Below, one piece after another: positions 1 through 10,362 of a DNA stretch of 64,000 nucleotides. The stretch comes from a virus. Position 1 is the stretch's first letter, and each line of letters starts with the position of its first letter. The stretch covers positions 6,830-70,829 of the IMG/VR virus record IMGVR_UViG_3300005525_000034. The stretch is one strand, 5' to 3'. Made by a program: the position numbers and the translations under genes. The notes below the pieces were generated by a model. That model did no database searches. It was not told the origin of the DNA and worked only from the letters and a program-made list of their open reading frames with translations.

Positions 1-1
1 C

Positions 2-370
2 GAGATCGCGCGGAGCGCCGGCAAACACGGCCTCTGCCATTTTCACCGCGAGATCGTGCTGGCCGGTCAGTGCTTCATCCGCACCTACCTGACCCATTCG
101 GGTGGCGGCTGGATCAGCTGCGATGTGCCGCTGCTGGTCAGGGAAAACAACATGATCAGCTCGCTGCAGCAGTGGGCCTCAGCGGCGACCATGGCGCGCC
201 GCTACGGACTCTTCCTGGTGCTTGGCATCGCGGTTGGCGAGGAGGATGACGATGGGGCTGGTGCAGGAGTGCCCAGCCGCAGCCGAAACAGCAGCGCTCC
301 TGCCGCAGCTACCCAGGGTGGGAGCAACAGGCCCGCGCCCACCACCTACCGCAACGCTGAACCGCGATGA
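2..370 (+). CDS. ERF-family single-strand annealing recombinase (5' truncated)
   Basis: Frame open from window start; ERF-type motif QQWASAATMARRYGLFLVLGIAVGEEDDDG. Confidence 0.8.
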   Translation, partial: EIARSAGKHGLCHFHREIVLAGQCFIRTYLTHSGGGWISCDVPLLVRENNMISSLQQWASAATMARRYGLFLVLGIAVGEEDDDGAGAGVPSRSRNSSAPAAATQGGSNRPAPTTYRNAEPR

Positions 371-897
371 CCATCTACCTCACTGGTTCCATCAATCTCC
401 TATCCCAGGAGCAGATTCAGCGGGAAGCGGAGCGCTACGCCGCAAACGGCTGGGAGTACCGCGATCCGACCACCCATAGGGTCTCAGTGCAGGTCGCGCA
501 GGAGGACATCGAGGCCTTCTGCGACTACCTGCGCAACAGGCCGCTCGACCGCCAGCCGAAGGTCTGGCGCGATCGCGACGGCAATCAGCACCAGACCCCG
601 ACCGTCACTTTTTTCCTCAACGGCAGCGAGATGACCGGCAACTGGATCCGGCTGCGCTCCGCTCTCAACAGCACGCCCCAGGCCAGTCCCCAGGTAGGCG
701 CCGCGACGACCTCGCAGCCGGTGCGCCGCACCCCCGCTCCTGCCCCCGTCCGCCGCGCCGCTGGCGCATCAGCCCCGGCGGCTGCAGCCCCGCCGACTGT
801 TGCCGTCCCCCAGCCCCGTGCAACACCGGAACAGCCGCCGGTCTGGAACTCCGACCCTCTCGACCCGGAAGACGATGACGACTTCCCCCCCTTCTGA
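367..897 (+). CDS. Putative single-stranded DNA-binding protein
   Basis: ATGA overlap with ERF gene; Pro/Ala-rich linker and acidic tail DDDDFPPF typical of SSBs. Confidence 0.55.
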   Translation: MTIYLTGSINLLSQEQIQREAERYAANGWEYRDPTTHRVSVQVAQEDIEAFCDYLRNRPLDRQPKVWRDRDGNQHQTPTVTFFLNGSEMTGNWIRLRSALNSTPQASPQVGAATTSQPVRRTPAPAPVRRAAGASAPAAAAPPTVAVPQPRATPEQPPVWNSDPLDPEDDDDFPPF

Positions 898-1063
898 CAA
901 TCGGCTTGAGGCGTATCTCCGGCTCACCTGGCGCACCGGCGAAGGCCATCAGAGTCGCCTCTACCGCATCGCCGATCCAGCCTGGCGGCAGGTTCACTCC
1001 TACCTCGCTGGCATCCCTTCTGCTCACGTCCGCATCGTCTACGACCATGCCGCAACGCTTTGA
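875..1063 (+). CDS. Hypothetical protein
   Basis: ATG at 875, fills gap in tightly packed operon. Confidence 0.5.
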   Translation: MTTSPPSDNRLEAYLRLTWRTGEGHQSRLYRIADPAWRQVHSYLAGIPSAHVRIVYDHAATL

Positions 1064-1439
1064 TCTCTGTGTTGGTGCCGGGGTTCTTCACGCCCCGTTT
1101 GCTGGCACCATCCTCGATGGCGAACGCGCCATTCCCCTGGTGGTGCGCTTCGACATCAGCGCCATCGCCGCCGATGGACGACTGGTTTCGATCGATCGGC
1201 CGACGGAATGGCCTGACCAGGCCTTCCCGTCCTGGATGGAGCTGCAGCTGCAGCGAATGGGCCCCGATCAGATGGCCGCGGCCTGCAGCCTCGTCGAACA
1301 CATGCTTGATCTGCCCCACGGCACCCTCTCTGCCGAGAGCCTGATGCCATCGCTGAAGGTGGCCGCGGCCTGCTGCACCGGCTCGCTGCTGCAGCTGCAG
1401 CTGCGTCTCAATCCTTGGAACTCCATCCAGCCTGTATGA
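1047..1439 (+). CDS. Hypothetical protein
   Basis: ATG at 1047; ATGA overlap with next gene. Confidence 0.55.
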   Translation: MPQRFDLCVGAGVLHAPFAGTILDGERAIPLVVRFDISAIAADGRLVSIDRPTEWPDQAFPSWMELQLQRMGPDQMAAACSLVEHMLDLPHGTLSAESLMPSLKVAAACCTGSLLQLQLRLNPWNSIQPV

Positions 1440-1840
1440 AGCGCTCTCACCTCGAGGTGCGTTTCGCCGCGCAGTGGACCGTGCGCTACCCGGAGCTGCC
1501 GTTCGAGCGTGAGCACGTCATTCCCGGCTGGCGGGGCTGGGCAGCAGAGAAGAAGGCCATGGGCCTCACCACCAAGGCGGTGCCGATGCGCGCCGATTTC
1601 GCCTGGCCGGCTGCCAGAGTCGCGCTGGAGATTCAGGGCGGACAGTGGGTCAAGAGCGGCCACTCCAGCGGCAGCGGCCTCGAACGTGATGCCGCCAAGG
1701 CGTTGCTCGCACAGCTCGATGGCTGGGCCCTGATCGCCCTCACCGAGCGGATGCTCACCCGACAGGCCGAGATCTGGCTGCCGCGCCTCGAGCAGCTGAT
1801 CCGCACACGACAACCCGGCACCGACACCGATGCGCCTTGA
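1436..1840 (+). CDS. DUF559/Vsr-like PD-(D/E)xK endonuclease
   Basis: RADFAWPAARVALEIQGGQW...GH...LERDAAK...GW pattern. Confidence 0.75.
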   Translation: MKRSHLEVRFAAQWTVRYPELPFEREHVIPGWRGWAAEKKAMGLTTKAVPMRADFAWPAARVALEIQGGQWVKSGHSSGSGLERDAAKALLAQLDGWALIALTERMLTRQAEIWLPRLEQLIRTRQPGTDTDAP

Positions 1841-2402
1841 TGGAAACAAGATCTGGCACCTCCAGCTGGTGGGGCGCTGGATCGAGCACGACCAGCAGCA
1901 GGGACCGCCGCAGCAGATCGGGCCCCGGATCTTCCTGCAGCCAGGCACACTTGCCGATGGCGGCAACGGCCTGGGCTTCACCAATCAGACGGGGGTGGCC
2001 CTGCCGGCCGATGCGCTGGTCAATCCCTGGTTGCTCGAGGGCTATGAGCTGTGGGATGGCCCCGTTGGTGGTGCCCAGTGCATCTGGATGCCGCTGGTAC
2101 AACCGCAGCTGATCCATCGGCCGGTGATGGAGCTGCTGCCGCCCTGTGCGCTTCAGCCCGATCGCGATCGCCAGCCGACCTTTGAGCTCAGCCGCGCCGA
2201 ACGCAATCCCTGCCCAGGGTGGTCGGAGCGGGTGCATCTCTACCAGAACCCGGGCAAGCCCTTTGAAGCCAGCGCGGTGGTCTACCTCAACGGCCAGGGG
2301 CAAATCGCCGCGGCCGAGCTGTTTCAGGTGCCGCTCCGCTCCGCGCAGCACGATGGCGCCATGGTGCCGCAGCGCCGGGCGTGGATTCGGTTCTCGTTCT
2401 GA
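1830..2402 (+). CDS. Hypothetical protein
   Basis: 190-aa ORF overlapping upstream stop. Confidence 0.6.
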   Translation: MRLDGNKIWHLQLVGRWIEHDQQQGPPQQIGPRIFLQPGTLADGGNGLGFTNQTGVALPADALVNPWLLEGYELWDGPVGGAQCIWMPLVQPQLIHRPVMELLPPCALQPDRDRQPTFELSRAERNPCPGWSERVHLYQNPGKPFEASAVVYLNGQGQIAAAELFQVPLRSAQHDGAMVPQRRAWIRFSF

Positions 2403-2427
2403 TCCCTACCCTGAACCATGAACCTGA

Positions 2428-3627
2428 ATGCGCATGACAGCCTCCGGTGATGTCCTGAAGACCCATGCCGCCGGCATTGCCGTGCTGCAGCAGTTTGAGG
2501 GGTGCGAGCTGACCGCCTACAGGTGCCCGGCGGGCGTGTGGACGATTGGGTGGGGCAGCACACGCGGCATCGACGGCCGTGCGGTGCAGGAGGGTGATCA
2601 GATCACCGAGGCCGCGGCCGATCAACTGCTGGCAGACGTGCTCGAGGCAGATGTCCTGCCGGCCCTGCGCAAGATCCCCCACTGGGGGGAAATGAGTGCC
2701 GAGCAGCAGGGTGGCCTGATCAGCTTTGCGTGGAACCTCGGCTGGAACTTCTACGGGGCTGAGGGCTTCGAGACCATCAGCCGCCGACTGCGCGAGAAGG
2801 ACTGGCAGAAGGTGCCGGAGGCCTTGCTGTTGTACCGCAACCGTGGCAGCGTCTTCGAGGAGGGCCTACGGCGACGGCGGCAGGCGGAGGGCAAGCTGTG
2901 GCGCCAGGGCCTGGCCGCGACCCAGGCCCCTCAGAGCGACGAGACCCAGTCGGCACTGTTCACGATCGAGACGCTGCAGAACACCTGGCTGAAGAAGCGG
3001 CCTCTGCAGGCGGCCGAGCTGAAGGACGGGGAGAAGCTGGCGGTTCAGGCCGATCGCACCTTCGGCGTGGTCAGCCTGACGGAGATTCCGGCCGATGGCC
3101 ATGCCCGAGTTCAGCTGGCGTCCAAGGCCGGCACGTGGGTGATCTACCTGCCGCACTGGCGCGTCGATCAACCGATTGGCGAGGCATTGCCTGCAGAGGT
3201 GGACTGGAGCGACTTCAACTGCCCTGTCACTATCAACCTGACGGTGGGGGAGGTGCTGCAGTGGGATCTGCGGCGGATTCCAGGGCCCAACAGCTCGGTG
3301 CGGTCTCGGCTGATCGACAGCGCCCGGGCCTTCCAACAGGTGCGGGACGCCTGGGGCAGTCCGCTCGGCGTGACCTCCTTCTATCGGCCTGAACCGATCA
3401 ACAGCGAGGTCGGGGGCGTGCCCAATTCCAGGCACGTCACCGGTGAAGCCTTCGACATCTACCCCGTCGATCGGTCGTTGGAGGCGTTCTACCAATGGAT
3501 CCGGGTTCGCTGGACCGGCGGGCTCGGCGACGGGCGGAACAAGGGGTTCATCCACCTGGATCGACGAAACGATGGTGGCTTCGTCCCCGGGGCTGGGGTC
3601 AGGCCCTACGCCGAGTGGCTGTACTGA
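2428..3627 (+). CDS. Endolysin: GH24 lysozyme + central domain + peptidase M15
   Basis: FEGCELTAYRCPAGVWTIGWGST and GLRRRRQAE (GH24); SFYR...GGVPNSRH..GEAFD...FIHLD (M15 Zn peptidase). Confidence 0.88.
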   Translation: MRMTASGDVLKTHAAGIAVLQQFEGCELTAYRCPAGVWTIGWGSTRGIDGRAVQEGDQITEAAADQLLADVLEADVLPALRKIPHWGEMSAEQQGGLISFAWNLGWNFYGAEGFETISRRLREKDWQKVPEALLLYRNRGSVFEEGLRRRRQAEGKLWRQGLAATQAPQSDETQSALFTIETLQNTWLKKRPLQAAELKDGEKLAVQADRTFGVVSLTEIPADGHARVQLASKAGTWVIYLPHWRVDQPIGEALPAEVDWSDFNCPVTINLTVGEVLQWDLRRIPGPNSSVRSRLIDSARAFQQVRDAWGSPLGVTSFYRPEPINSEVGGVPNSRHVTGEAFDIYPVDRSLEAFYQWIRVRWTGGLGDGRNKGFIHLDRRNDGGFVPGAGVRPYAEWLY

Positions 3628-3924
3628 TCAACCTCGCTTCAGGAACCGGCCCTTCTCGTCGCGCTCGGGGGATTGGGCAGGTTCCTCCGGGCGGAGGCTG
3701 GGATTGAAGGTGTTGTAGCCGACGCTGAATCCGCCACGACCAGCGACGCCGATTCCCATCATCGGCAGCGCGGAGAGGTAGCAACGGTCGACGGCATCGG
3801 CGCCGGAGGCGTGAGTGCGGCAGTCGACGAGGTAGATCGCCCCGACGATGATGGCGAGTGAGCTCGCGGTGTTCAAAACCTTGGCGCTGCACCCGAGGGC
3901 GGCAAAAAGGGTGTCGAGTTTCAT
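3628..3924 (-). CDS. Holin-like small membrane protein
   Basis: Two hydrophobic segments, charged C-tail, last gene of late operon abutting endolysin. Confidence 0.45.
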   Translation of the reverse strand: MKLDTLFAALGCSAKVLNTASSLAIIVGAIYLVDCRTHASGADAVDRCYLSALPMMGIGVAGRGGFSVGYNTFNPSLRPEEPAQSPERDEKGRFLKRG

Positions 3925-4328
3925 TTCGTCACCGGGGGAAGGGGTTGCTCGTTGCGCTGTTGGATCGCTTCGCGGTTGGCTCCAACACCCACCAAGGCCA
4001 GTACTGAGACCGCGAGAGCGAGCCAGGTGGCGAGGTTCGAGACACTCCAGCTGACAGCGCTTCGGCCGCCGGATTGGCGAGCGTCGGCTGCGACCAGTGT
4101 GTCGACCTTGTCGGCGAGAGACTTCAGATCGTCCCGAGTGACCTGGCGTGTTTCGAGCTCGACCAGCCGTTGCTCAAGGCGTTCGACGCGGGCTTGGGAG
4201 CCGGCCCATTGAGCTTGAGACTGGGAAATGGACGATTGCAGGCCGACCAACAAGCCTTCCAGGCGTCCCAGGCGATCAACGATCGCCATGGTGGTTGACT
4301 GATCAGATTCGCCCATGGGCCGGAGCAT
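3921..4328 (-). CDS. Coiled-coil protein with C-terminal membrane anchor (lysis-associated?)
   Basis: Heptad helix followed by LATWLALAVSVLALVGVGA. Confidence 0.5.
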   Translation of the reverse strand: MLRPMGESDQSTTMAIVDRLGRLEGLLVGLQSSISQSQAQWAGSQARVERLEQRLVELETRQVTRDDLKSLADKVDTLVAADARQSGGRSAVSWSVSNLATWLALAVSVLALVGVGANREAIQQRNEQPLPPVTK

Positions 4329-4411
4329 TCAATCCAGTCTGCCGAGCTCGGGGGATCAAGGGTGACGACATAGAGAACTTCAGATTTATTTTGTCCTAGT
4401 GTGAAGTTGGT

Positions 4412-5116
4412 TTATGACAGCACCCACTCCAGGCTTTCCCGCGCCGGGGTCGCCGGGTCGTCCGGCAGGAACTGGCCCTCCGGGTCGCGGGCCTGGATCA
4501 CTCGCCACTGGCTGCCGTCCGGGGCGGACCAGGTCTGGCCGACCGACTGGGCGAAAGGGCGGGTGAGCTCGATGATGAACGGTGCGGGCAGGTGGCAGGC
4601 GACCGCCAGGGCGCCGATCGTGATCAACAGGTCGGCTGGGATCAGGCCAGCGGCCCGCAGCGCGCGCCAGGTGGCATGGAAGTCGCTGGCGTCACCACCG
4701 GCAGCCACGGCCATCAGGGCTGCCGGCAGGGCCAGCACGGCGCTGGGGGCCACCGGCAGGGCCTGGGCCAGGGCGGTGTTGGCGGCAGGGTCCGACAGAA
4801 GGGCAGCCTTGAACCGCGCCCAGTCAGGCGCCGGGGCGTTGGCGGCATCCCAGGCCGCGATGTGCTCGGGCGAGGCGGGGATCACCTGCCACCGCTGGCT
4901 GTAGACGCCATCGGCGTCGGGCTCGGGGGGTAGCTCCTCAATCTGCTCGGAGCGGGGGTTGAACGCCGGCTGATCGGAGGGGTGGACGAACCGGCAGCCG
5001 AACAGCTCGATGTCGTCGTCGGTGGGGTTGGCGGGGAATGAGACGTTCGGGTTGTCTCGGCGCAGTTGCCAGAGGCTGAACGGGTATTCGCTGGTGGTCA
5101 GGTTGATCAGGTTCAT
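4412..5116 (-). CDS. Putative tail fibre-associated/assembly protein
   Basis: YPFSLWQLRRDNPNVSFP N-terminus; position after fibre genes. Confidence 0.5.
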   Translation of the reverse strand: MNLINLTTSEYPFSLWQLRRDNPNVSFPANPTDDDIELFGCRFVHPSDQPAFNPRSEQIEELPPEPDADGVYSQRWQVIPASPEHIAAWDAANAPAPDWARFKAALLSDPAANTALAQALPVAPSAVLALPAALMAVAAGGDASDFHATWRALRAAGLIPADLLITIGALAVACHLPAPFIIELTRPFAQSVGQTWSAPDGSQWRVIQARDPEGQFLPDDPATPARESLEWVLS

Positions 5117-5355
5117 GGCTCCTGGAGTTGGTCCGCGATCACGTCGCGGATAATGCGCATTCGCAACTGCTGACGCAGTTCTTCGGCTAGGCGTGCCTCT
5201 AGGTCGGCGCGGAACTCGGCGAGGTCGGCGTTCTCGGGATGCTCGGCCTGGATCTTGGCGATAGCCAGTCGGTAGTTGTCAATGTTGATCTGGTAGCCCA
5301 GAATCTCATTGTCGCGAGCCTCAAGGGCTTGAGTGAGGATGTCTGTTTTGTTCAT
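5113..5355 (-). CDS. Small helical hypothetical protein
   Basis: ATG at 5355 (MNKTDIL...), 4-bp overlaps on both sides. Confidence 0.6.
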   Translation of the reverse strand: MNKTDILTQALEARDNEILGYQINIDNYRLAIAKIQAEHPENADLAEFRADLEARLAEELRQQLRMRIIRDVIADQLQEP

Positions 5356-6398
5356 TCGTTGAAACGATAGGCAACAGCGCCAGGAGAGCTCTGACCTGCT
5401 TGGGCTATTGCAGCTCCAGTTGGAGAGAAACTGCAACACCAATAACCACTATAATCAATAGTAGTATTTATGCTAGCGTAGCGGGCGCCGAAACCCGAAG
5501 CAGACCATTCGTAAACTGATAAATAGGGAATAGCATTAGCGGTAAGTGCGATCGCGTTACCAGTAGGTGAAAAACTCACAGACCAGCCATTGCTAGCTGC
5601 TAATGTGACAGGATTGGCATACTTAGCGCCAAACCCAGAGGAAGACCATGCCCATGCCGTGATGTAAGGCGAGGTGTTATGGCCAACGGCTAGCGCGTCA
5701 CCCGAAGGCGAAAAACTTAGATTATTGGTATGCGAGAAACTGGCTTGTGGTGTTGCAGGGTTTGAGTACCGTGTCCCAAATCCAGACGAAGACCACCGGT
5801 AAGCATAAGTTGCTGCTGCAAAAGAAACCGCGACCGCGTCGCCTACAGGAGAAAATGCCACCGATAAGCCAATATCAGTTGGCAGGGAAGACGGATTAGC
5901 GAACTTGGTTCCAAATCCTGAGGAAGACCATCGGTAAGCTGAGATAAAAGGGCTTACATTATGTGCAATCGCGACAGCGTCACCTGCGGGGCTAAATGCG
6001 ATTCCATTGACGTTGCTGGGTGGCAATGTAGCAGGATTAGCGTATTTAGTGCCGAACCCGGTCGCGGACGACCAGGGCCAGGCATGAATAAATGGAGTAC
6101 CAACCTGACCCACAACGATTGCATCACTAGCTGGAGAGAACACAGCATCGTTACATTCGCCAGTCGGTATAGTAGTCGGGTTTGCATATTTTGCTCCAAA
6201 CCCAGATGAGTCTGACCAAGCGTAGACGAATATGTACGGTGAAGTGGTCGAAGCGACTGCGACGGCATCTCCGCTTGGGGCAAACTTAACGCTATTAGCG
6301 ATGTTCCCTGGAGTCGGGGACGGAGATGCCAGTTGTCCGTTGAAGCCGATTCCAGAGCTATTTGTAGGGCCCAGTAGTGCATTGCGACTTAGCATCAT
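5352..6398 (-). CDS. Beta-propeller repeat protein (putative receptor-binding tail component)
   Basis: About seven ~45-aa repeats FSPxGDAVAV...SPYIxAYxWSSSGFGxKYANP; visibly lower GC. Confidence 0.7.
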   Translation of the reverse strand: MMLSRNALLGPTNSSGIGFNGQLASPSPTPGNIANSVKFAPSGDAVAVASTTSPYIFVYAWSDSSGFGAKYANPTTIPTGECNDAVFSPASDAIVVGQVGTPFIHAWPWSSATGFGTKYANPATLPPSNVNGIAFSPAGDAVAIAHNVSPFISAYRWSSSGFGTKFANPSSLPTDIGLSVAFSPVGDAVAVSFAAATYAYRWSSSGFGTRYSNPATPQASFSHTNNLSFSPSGDALAVGHNTSPYITAWAWSSSGFGAKYANPVTLAASNGWSVSFSPTGNAIALTANAIPYLSVYEWSASGFGARYASINTTIDYSGYWCCSFSPTGAAIAQAGQSSPGAVAYRFNE

Positions 6399-9300
6399 GC
6401 CCTCCCCTTCAGTGGTGCAACCTCAATGGTCGTAGTTCCCCCAACCACTTCAATCACGATCTTCTCAGTCTGACTTGCCGTTGGAGTCATGGCGCTGCCG
6501 CCGTCCCACTTGACGGTGTAGCCGCTGTTGCCGGTGAACCAGCTGATGGTGCCGCTGGTGTACGCGAACGAGAGCACTCCGCGCCACAGGTAGCCGCTGG
6601 GGATGTTGGCGAGGTTGGCGAGGTTGATCGTCGTCGCCCCGGCGATCGCGGCGCTGGTCACGAACTCGTTGCCGGCCTGAACGTTCAACGAATAGGTGCC
6701 GCTGCTGGCCGTGACAGTCAGCCGGCGCTGGGCCAACGAGTCAGCGATCACCAGATCCCAGCCGCTGACGGCGGCGGTGCCCAGGCCGAGCTCCGCAAAC
6801 TGCGGTGTCGAACTGGTGCCCAGGCCGAGATTGCTGCGAGCAGTGGCTTGATTCGACAGATTCGCCAGGTTGTCGGCCGCGTTGAGCAGCAGGCGCTCAG
6901 TGTTGGTCGAGTCGCGGTAGCGAAGCGTGTCGGCAACTGAGTAGAGATCGCCGTAGGTGGGACTGGCGGGTGCGCCATTCGGGAGGGTCAGCTTCAGGGT
7001 GGCTGTCACACCGGCGAATGTCGGTGTGGAGCTGCTTCCCAGTCCGACATCTGCAGGCACACCTGCACGGAAGGACGGTGCCGCGGCGGATCCGGTGGCT
7101 GGCCCCGCAAAGATCAGATTCGCGCTCTGGTTTTCCCAGGCTGCGGTGAGTGTCCCCGAGCCTGTGACAGGGCTGCCGCTGACGGAGAATTGGGAGGGGA
7201 GGGACAGCCCAACGGAGGTGACACTACCGGAACCTGCTCCCGAGCTCGGGGTCGAATACCCGATGACACCGGTGACTGGGTCATAGGTGATGGAACCACT
7301 GCCGCTGATACTCTGCCGTGCTCGGGATTGCGTGAAGTAGAGGTTGACGCTGCCCTCGCTGACGGCATCGGTGCTGGGCAGCAGCGTCGAGGGGATCAGG
7401 CCCGAGCCGTCCAGCCGGGCCAGGCCGTTGGGAGCATTGAAGGACAGCTCGATGTTCCGCGAGCGGGTCCAGTAGCCCCCGCTGTCCTGCGTGCTGGTGT
7501 CAGTGACGGTCAGCGGTTGACCAGACGTCGCTGTGACGTCCGCCAGGAACCGATTCGTGGTGAAGCTGCGGACCGCGAACTGGGTCGGGGCTGTGTTTCC
7601 GTCAGAGGCGCCGGTCGAAGCCAACAGCGAGGTGTTGTTGGAGACTTCGCGCAGCTGCTCGCCAACGGTAGAGATACCTCCATTGCGCGAGAAAGGACCG
7701 ATGAAGTTCAAACCAGATAGGTTGAACTGATCAGTGTTAATCGTGACAGACCCGGACGTGCCGTCAACTTTGAACTGACTGCCGACAGCAAAGTCCCCGA
7801 GCTCGTTGGTGTTGCTGCTGTAGACGCGACCATTGTTGGTTTCAACAATGGCGTTCGCAGGAACAGGAACTCCGCCGTTCCAGGGCAGCGCATCGTAGTT
7901 CGTGCCTGCCCCCACGAACTCGAAGGTGTGACCAGGGGCGGAAATCTGAGAGCGATTCCTGAAGTCCAGCTTCTGCCCAGCGGAAATGGCGTCTCTCAGA
8001 CCACCATTGAGACCTGAGTAGAACAGCACGCGATAGCCGGCTCGGGTCGCAGCATCATTCGCAACGGGGTTGCCACTGGCGTCAATCGGCACTGAGCTGG
8101 TGACGATGTAAGCCGACGATGGGCAGAAAAAGGCCAGATTGCTGACTGTGACGTTGCCGTTCCCTGCAGGCAGTTGAGTCTTTGTCGTCAGGGTGACCAG
8201 TCCGGTGTTCTTGTCGTAGACCGCATCTGCGACACCGTAGTCGGTGTCACTGATCACTGCGCTGCCACCACTGACGTACTGGTGATCCGGTCCTGAGGCC
8301 GCCGCGGCCTCGGTGAACGTCAGGGTGAAGTTGCCGGTGCGGGTGTAGGCGAAGCTCTTGCTCTCCGGCAGCTTGGTTGTGGCGTTGCGAGGAAACACCA
8401 GCTGCGGGAACATCAGCTGCCCGGCATTGGGCCTGGAAGCAGAACTGCAGGAGAACGACAGCCCGGACAGGGTGACGCTGGCGCCGATTGTCGGCGCGTA
8501 GCCGGAGGCGGTGAGAACGGTCTGGCCGGTGCTGTTGTTGTAGGAGGCGCTGGTGATGGGGTAGCTGGTCCCGCTCACCGTGACGGTGCCGCCACCGACG
8601 AACTCGTGGGTGATCGTGCTGGTGGCCAGGGTGACCGTGAAGCTGCTGCCGGCGGTGCTTCCGCCACGCGCTGAGATGGTGACGGCGTTGCCGGCGCTGC
8701 CCAGGCTTCCGGCCGTGGGGTACTTGATCTGACGACCCAGACGATTGGCGGTGAAGCCGGTGACGTCGATCTCGGTGGCGCCCTGGCGTAGGAACTGGTA
8801 GGCCCCAGTGGCCGACCCGCTCATGTCGATCGTGCTTCCGCTGGGCGTTGCAGAAACCCGGAAGGCGTTGGCTGTGAGGCCGCTGGCGATCACGTAGTAG
8901 ATCTGGTTGGCCACCAGACCTGTCGGCAGGGTTCCCTGCGTCGCCGAGAACATGACCTGATCACCTGCGACCAGCGTGTGACCAGTGCAGGTGAAAAGAT
9001 CTGTGCTGGTGTCGATCGTGACGGTCTTCTCTGCTCGCAGGGCTCCGTAGGCGGCGACCCGGGCGGAACCTGTGTAGAGGGGTGAGCGGGATTGTCCATC
9101 GGCCATGAGGCCGTAGATGCCAAAGTCGCTGGTGCCACCACCGGAGAGATTGACCTGTCCACCGGTCTCGCAGCGAACGTGGTAGGTGCAGAAAGTCCCG
9201 AAGAAGGAGACGAGCTGCGCGTATCCGTCGTTCAGGACGAGGCACCCGGGGCCGCCCAGATTGACCTGGGTGTAGCTGTCCACCACCATCGAACGGATGG

Positions 9301-10303
9301 GGCTGTTGGCCGTACACACGCTGCCATCGACCCGGATGCCGCCCCCGGTGTTTCCGGTGCTGACGCTGCCGGCGAGGCCGGAGTCATCCTCGGCTGTGAT
9401 CGACGAGCAGTTCTGGATGTAGGGGCTCTTGAACACGTAGGCCCCAAGGCCAATGGCGCCGATCGAACGGTTGTCCGCGAGTTCATCGAAGCTGACCGCC
9501 CAGGCCTGCCTCGTGTTGTCGGCCTGATGCCCGGCGAAGGTGATGCCCCAGCACCAGAACCCGCTGTCGACCTTGAAGACGTCGTTGAACTCCTGACCGG
9601 CGGCGGGTTGAACAACGGTTGAGCGGAGGCCTGAGCCGAAGATCGTGACGTCCCGGCGCCAGCGGATCGGGAGGATCGTCTCGATGTAGAGGCCTGGGGC
9701 CACGAACACCACATCCCCGGGCTGCGCCAGGGCGGCGGCTGCTCGAAGCGATGCCAGCGGGGCGTCGACGGCCCCGGAGTTGCTATCAGAGCCGGACTCG
9801 GCGACGTAGAGACAGTTCGCGTGCTGCAGCGCCGCCAGCCGGCTGAGGATCGCGCTGACTGCGTCACCGGCGGCGACCGTGCCGGCCTGCGTACCGACGT
9901 TGAGGAACGCTGCGGCACCGAACTGGGGTCGGCCTGCGAGCTCGGAGTAGTTGAGTTGGCGAAAGGTCGGAGCCGCGGCCGATCCCGAGCTCGGTCCAGC
10001 AAAGACGAGATTGGCGCTCTGAGTGGCGAGGTTGGCAGTGAGGGTGCCAAGGCTGGTGACAGGGCTGCCGGTGACCGAGAAGAGCCCGCTCGGAAGACTC
10101 AGGCCGACGGAGGTCACCGTGCCAGTTCCGCCACCATTGCCTGCGACGAAACTGATGGTGCGAACTGTACCGTTGCCGTCCTTGATGGAAAGGAACGGAC
10201 TCGTAGGGTGCCAGTTGACGCCAATCTCGCCCAGCTTCAACTGCCAGGGTTCAGGGGCTTTGCCCAGAACGCCGCTGTTTTTGTTGACCTTCTCAAGCGT
10301 CAT
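6395..10303 (-). CDS. Large tail fibre/spike protein
   Basis: 1302 aa, Gly/Ser/Thr-rich; beta-helix-like start LYVAESGSDSNSG...APLASL; duplicated TSVGLSLP module. Confidence 0.75.
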   Translation of the reverse strand: MTLEKVNKNSGVLGKAPEPWQLKLGEIGVNWHPTSPFLSIKDGNGTVRTISFVAGNGGGTGTVTSVGLSLPSGLFSVTGSPVTSLGTLTANLATQSANLVFAGPSSGSAAAPTFRQLNYSELAGRPQFGAAAFLNVGTQAGTVAAGDAVSAILSRLAALQHANCLYVAESGSDSNSGAVDAPLASLRAAAALAQPGDVVFVAPGLYIETILPIRWRRDVTIFGSGLRSTVVQPAAGQEFNDVFKVDSGFWCWGITFAGHQADNTRQAWAVSFDELADNRSIGAIGLGAYVFKSPYIQNCSSITAEDDSGLAGSVSTGNTGGGIRVDGSVCTANSPIRSMVVDSYTQVNLGGPGCLVLNDGYAQLVSFFGTFCTYHVRCETGGQVNLSGGGTSDFGIYGLMADGQSRSPLYTGSARVAAYGALRAEKTVTIDTSTDLFTCTGHTLVAGDQVMFSATQGTLPTGLVANQIYYVIASGLTANAFRVSATPSGSTIDMSGSATGAYQFLRQGATEIDVTGFTANRLGRQIKYPTAGSLGSAGNAVTISARGGSTAGSSFTVTLATSTITHEFVGGGTVTVSGTSYPITSASYNNSTGQTVLTASGYAPTIGASVTLSGLSFSCSSASRPNAGQLMFPQLVFPRNATTKLPESKSFAYTRTGNFTLTFTEAAAASGPDHQYVSGGSAVISDTDYGVADAVYDKNTGLVTLTTKTQLPAGNGNVTVSNLAFFCPSSAYIVTSSVPIDASGNPVANDAATRAGYRVLFYSGLNGGLRDAISAGQKLDFRNRSQISAPGHTFEFVGAGTNYDALPWNGGVPVPANAIVETNNGRVYSSNTNELGDFAVGSQFKVDGTSGSVTINTDQFNLSGLNFIGPFSRNGGISTVGEQLREVSNNTSLLASTGASDGNTAPTQFAVRSFTTNRFLADVTATSGQPLTVTDTSTQDSGGYWTRSRNIELSFNAPNGLARLDGSGLIPSTLLPSTDAVSEGSVNLYFTQSRARQSISGSGSITYDPVTGVIGYSTPSSGAGSGSVTSVGLSLPSQFSVSGSPVTGSGTLTAAWENQSANLIFAGPATGSAAAPSFRAGVPADVGLGSSSTPTFAGVTATLKLTLPNGAPASPTYGDLYSVADTLRYRDSTNTERLLLNAADNLANLSNQATARSNLGLGTSSTPQFAELGLGTAAVSGWDLVIADSLAQRRLTVTASSGTYSLNVQAGNEFVTSAAIAGATTINLANLANIPSGYLWRGVLSFAYTSGTISWFTGNSGYTVKWDGGSAMTPTASQTEKIVIEVVGGTTTIEVAPLKGRA

Positions 10304-10362
10304 GGCCTATGCAGGCGTCGGTACCCTATGCAGGGCTGGTCACAGGCTAGCCCCGGCGCGTG

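Noticed and set aside
3631-3670. RDEKGRF motif at end of the holin-like protein, resembling motifs of head-associated proteins
   Set aside because: Single short match in a membrane protein; may be chance
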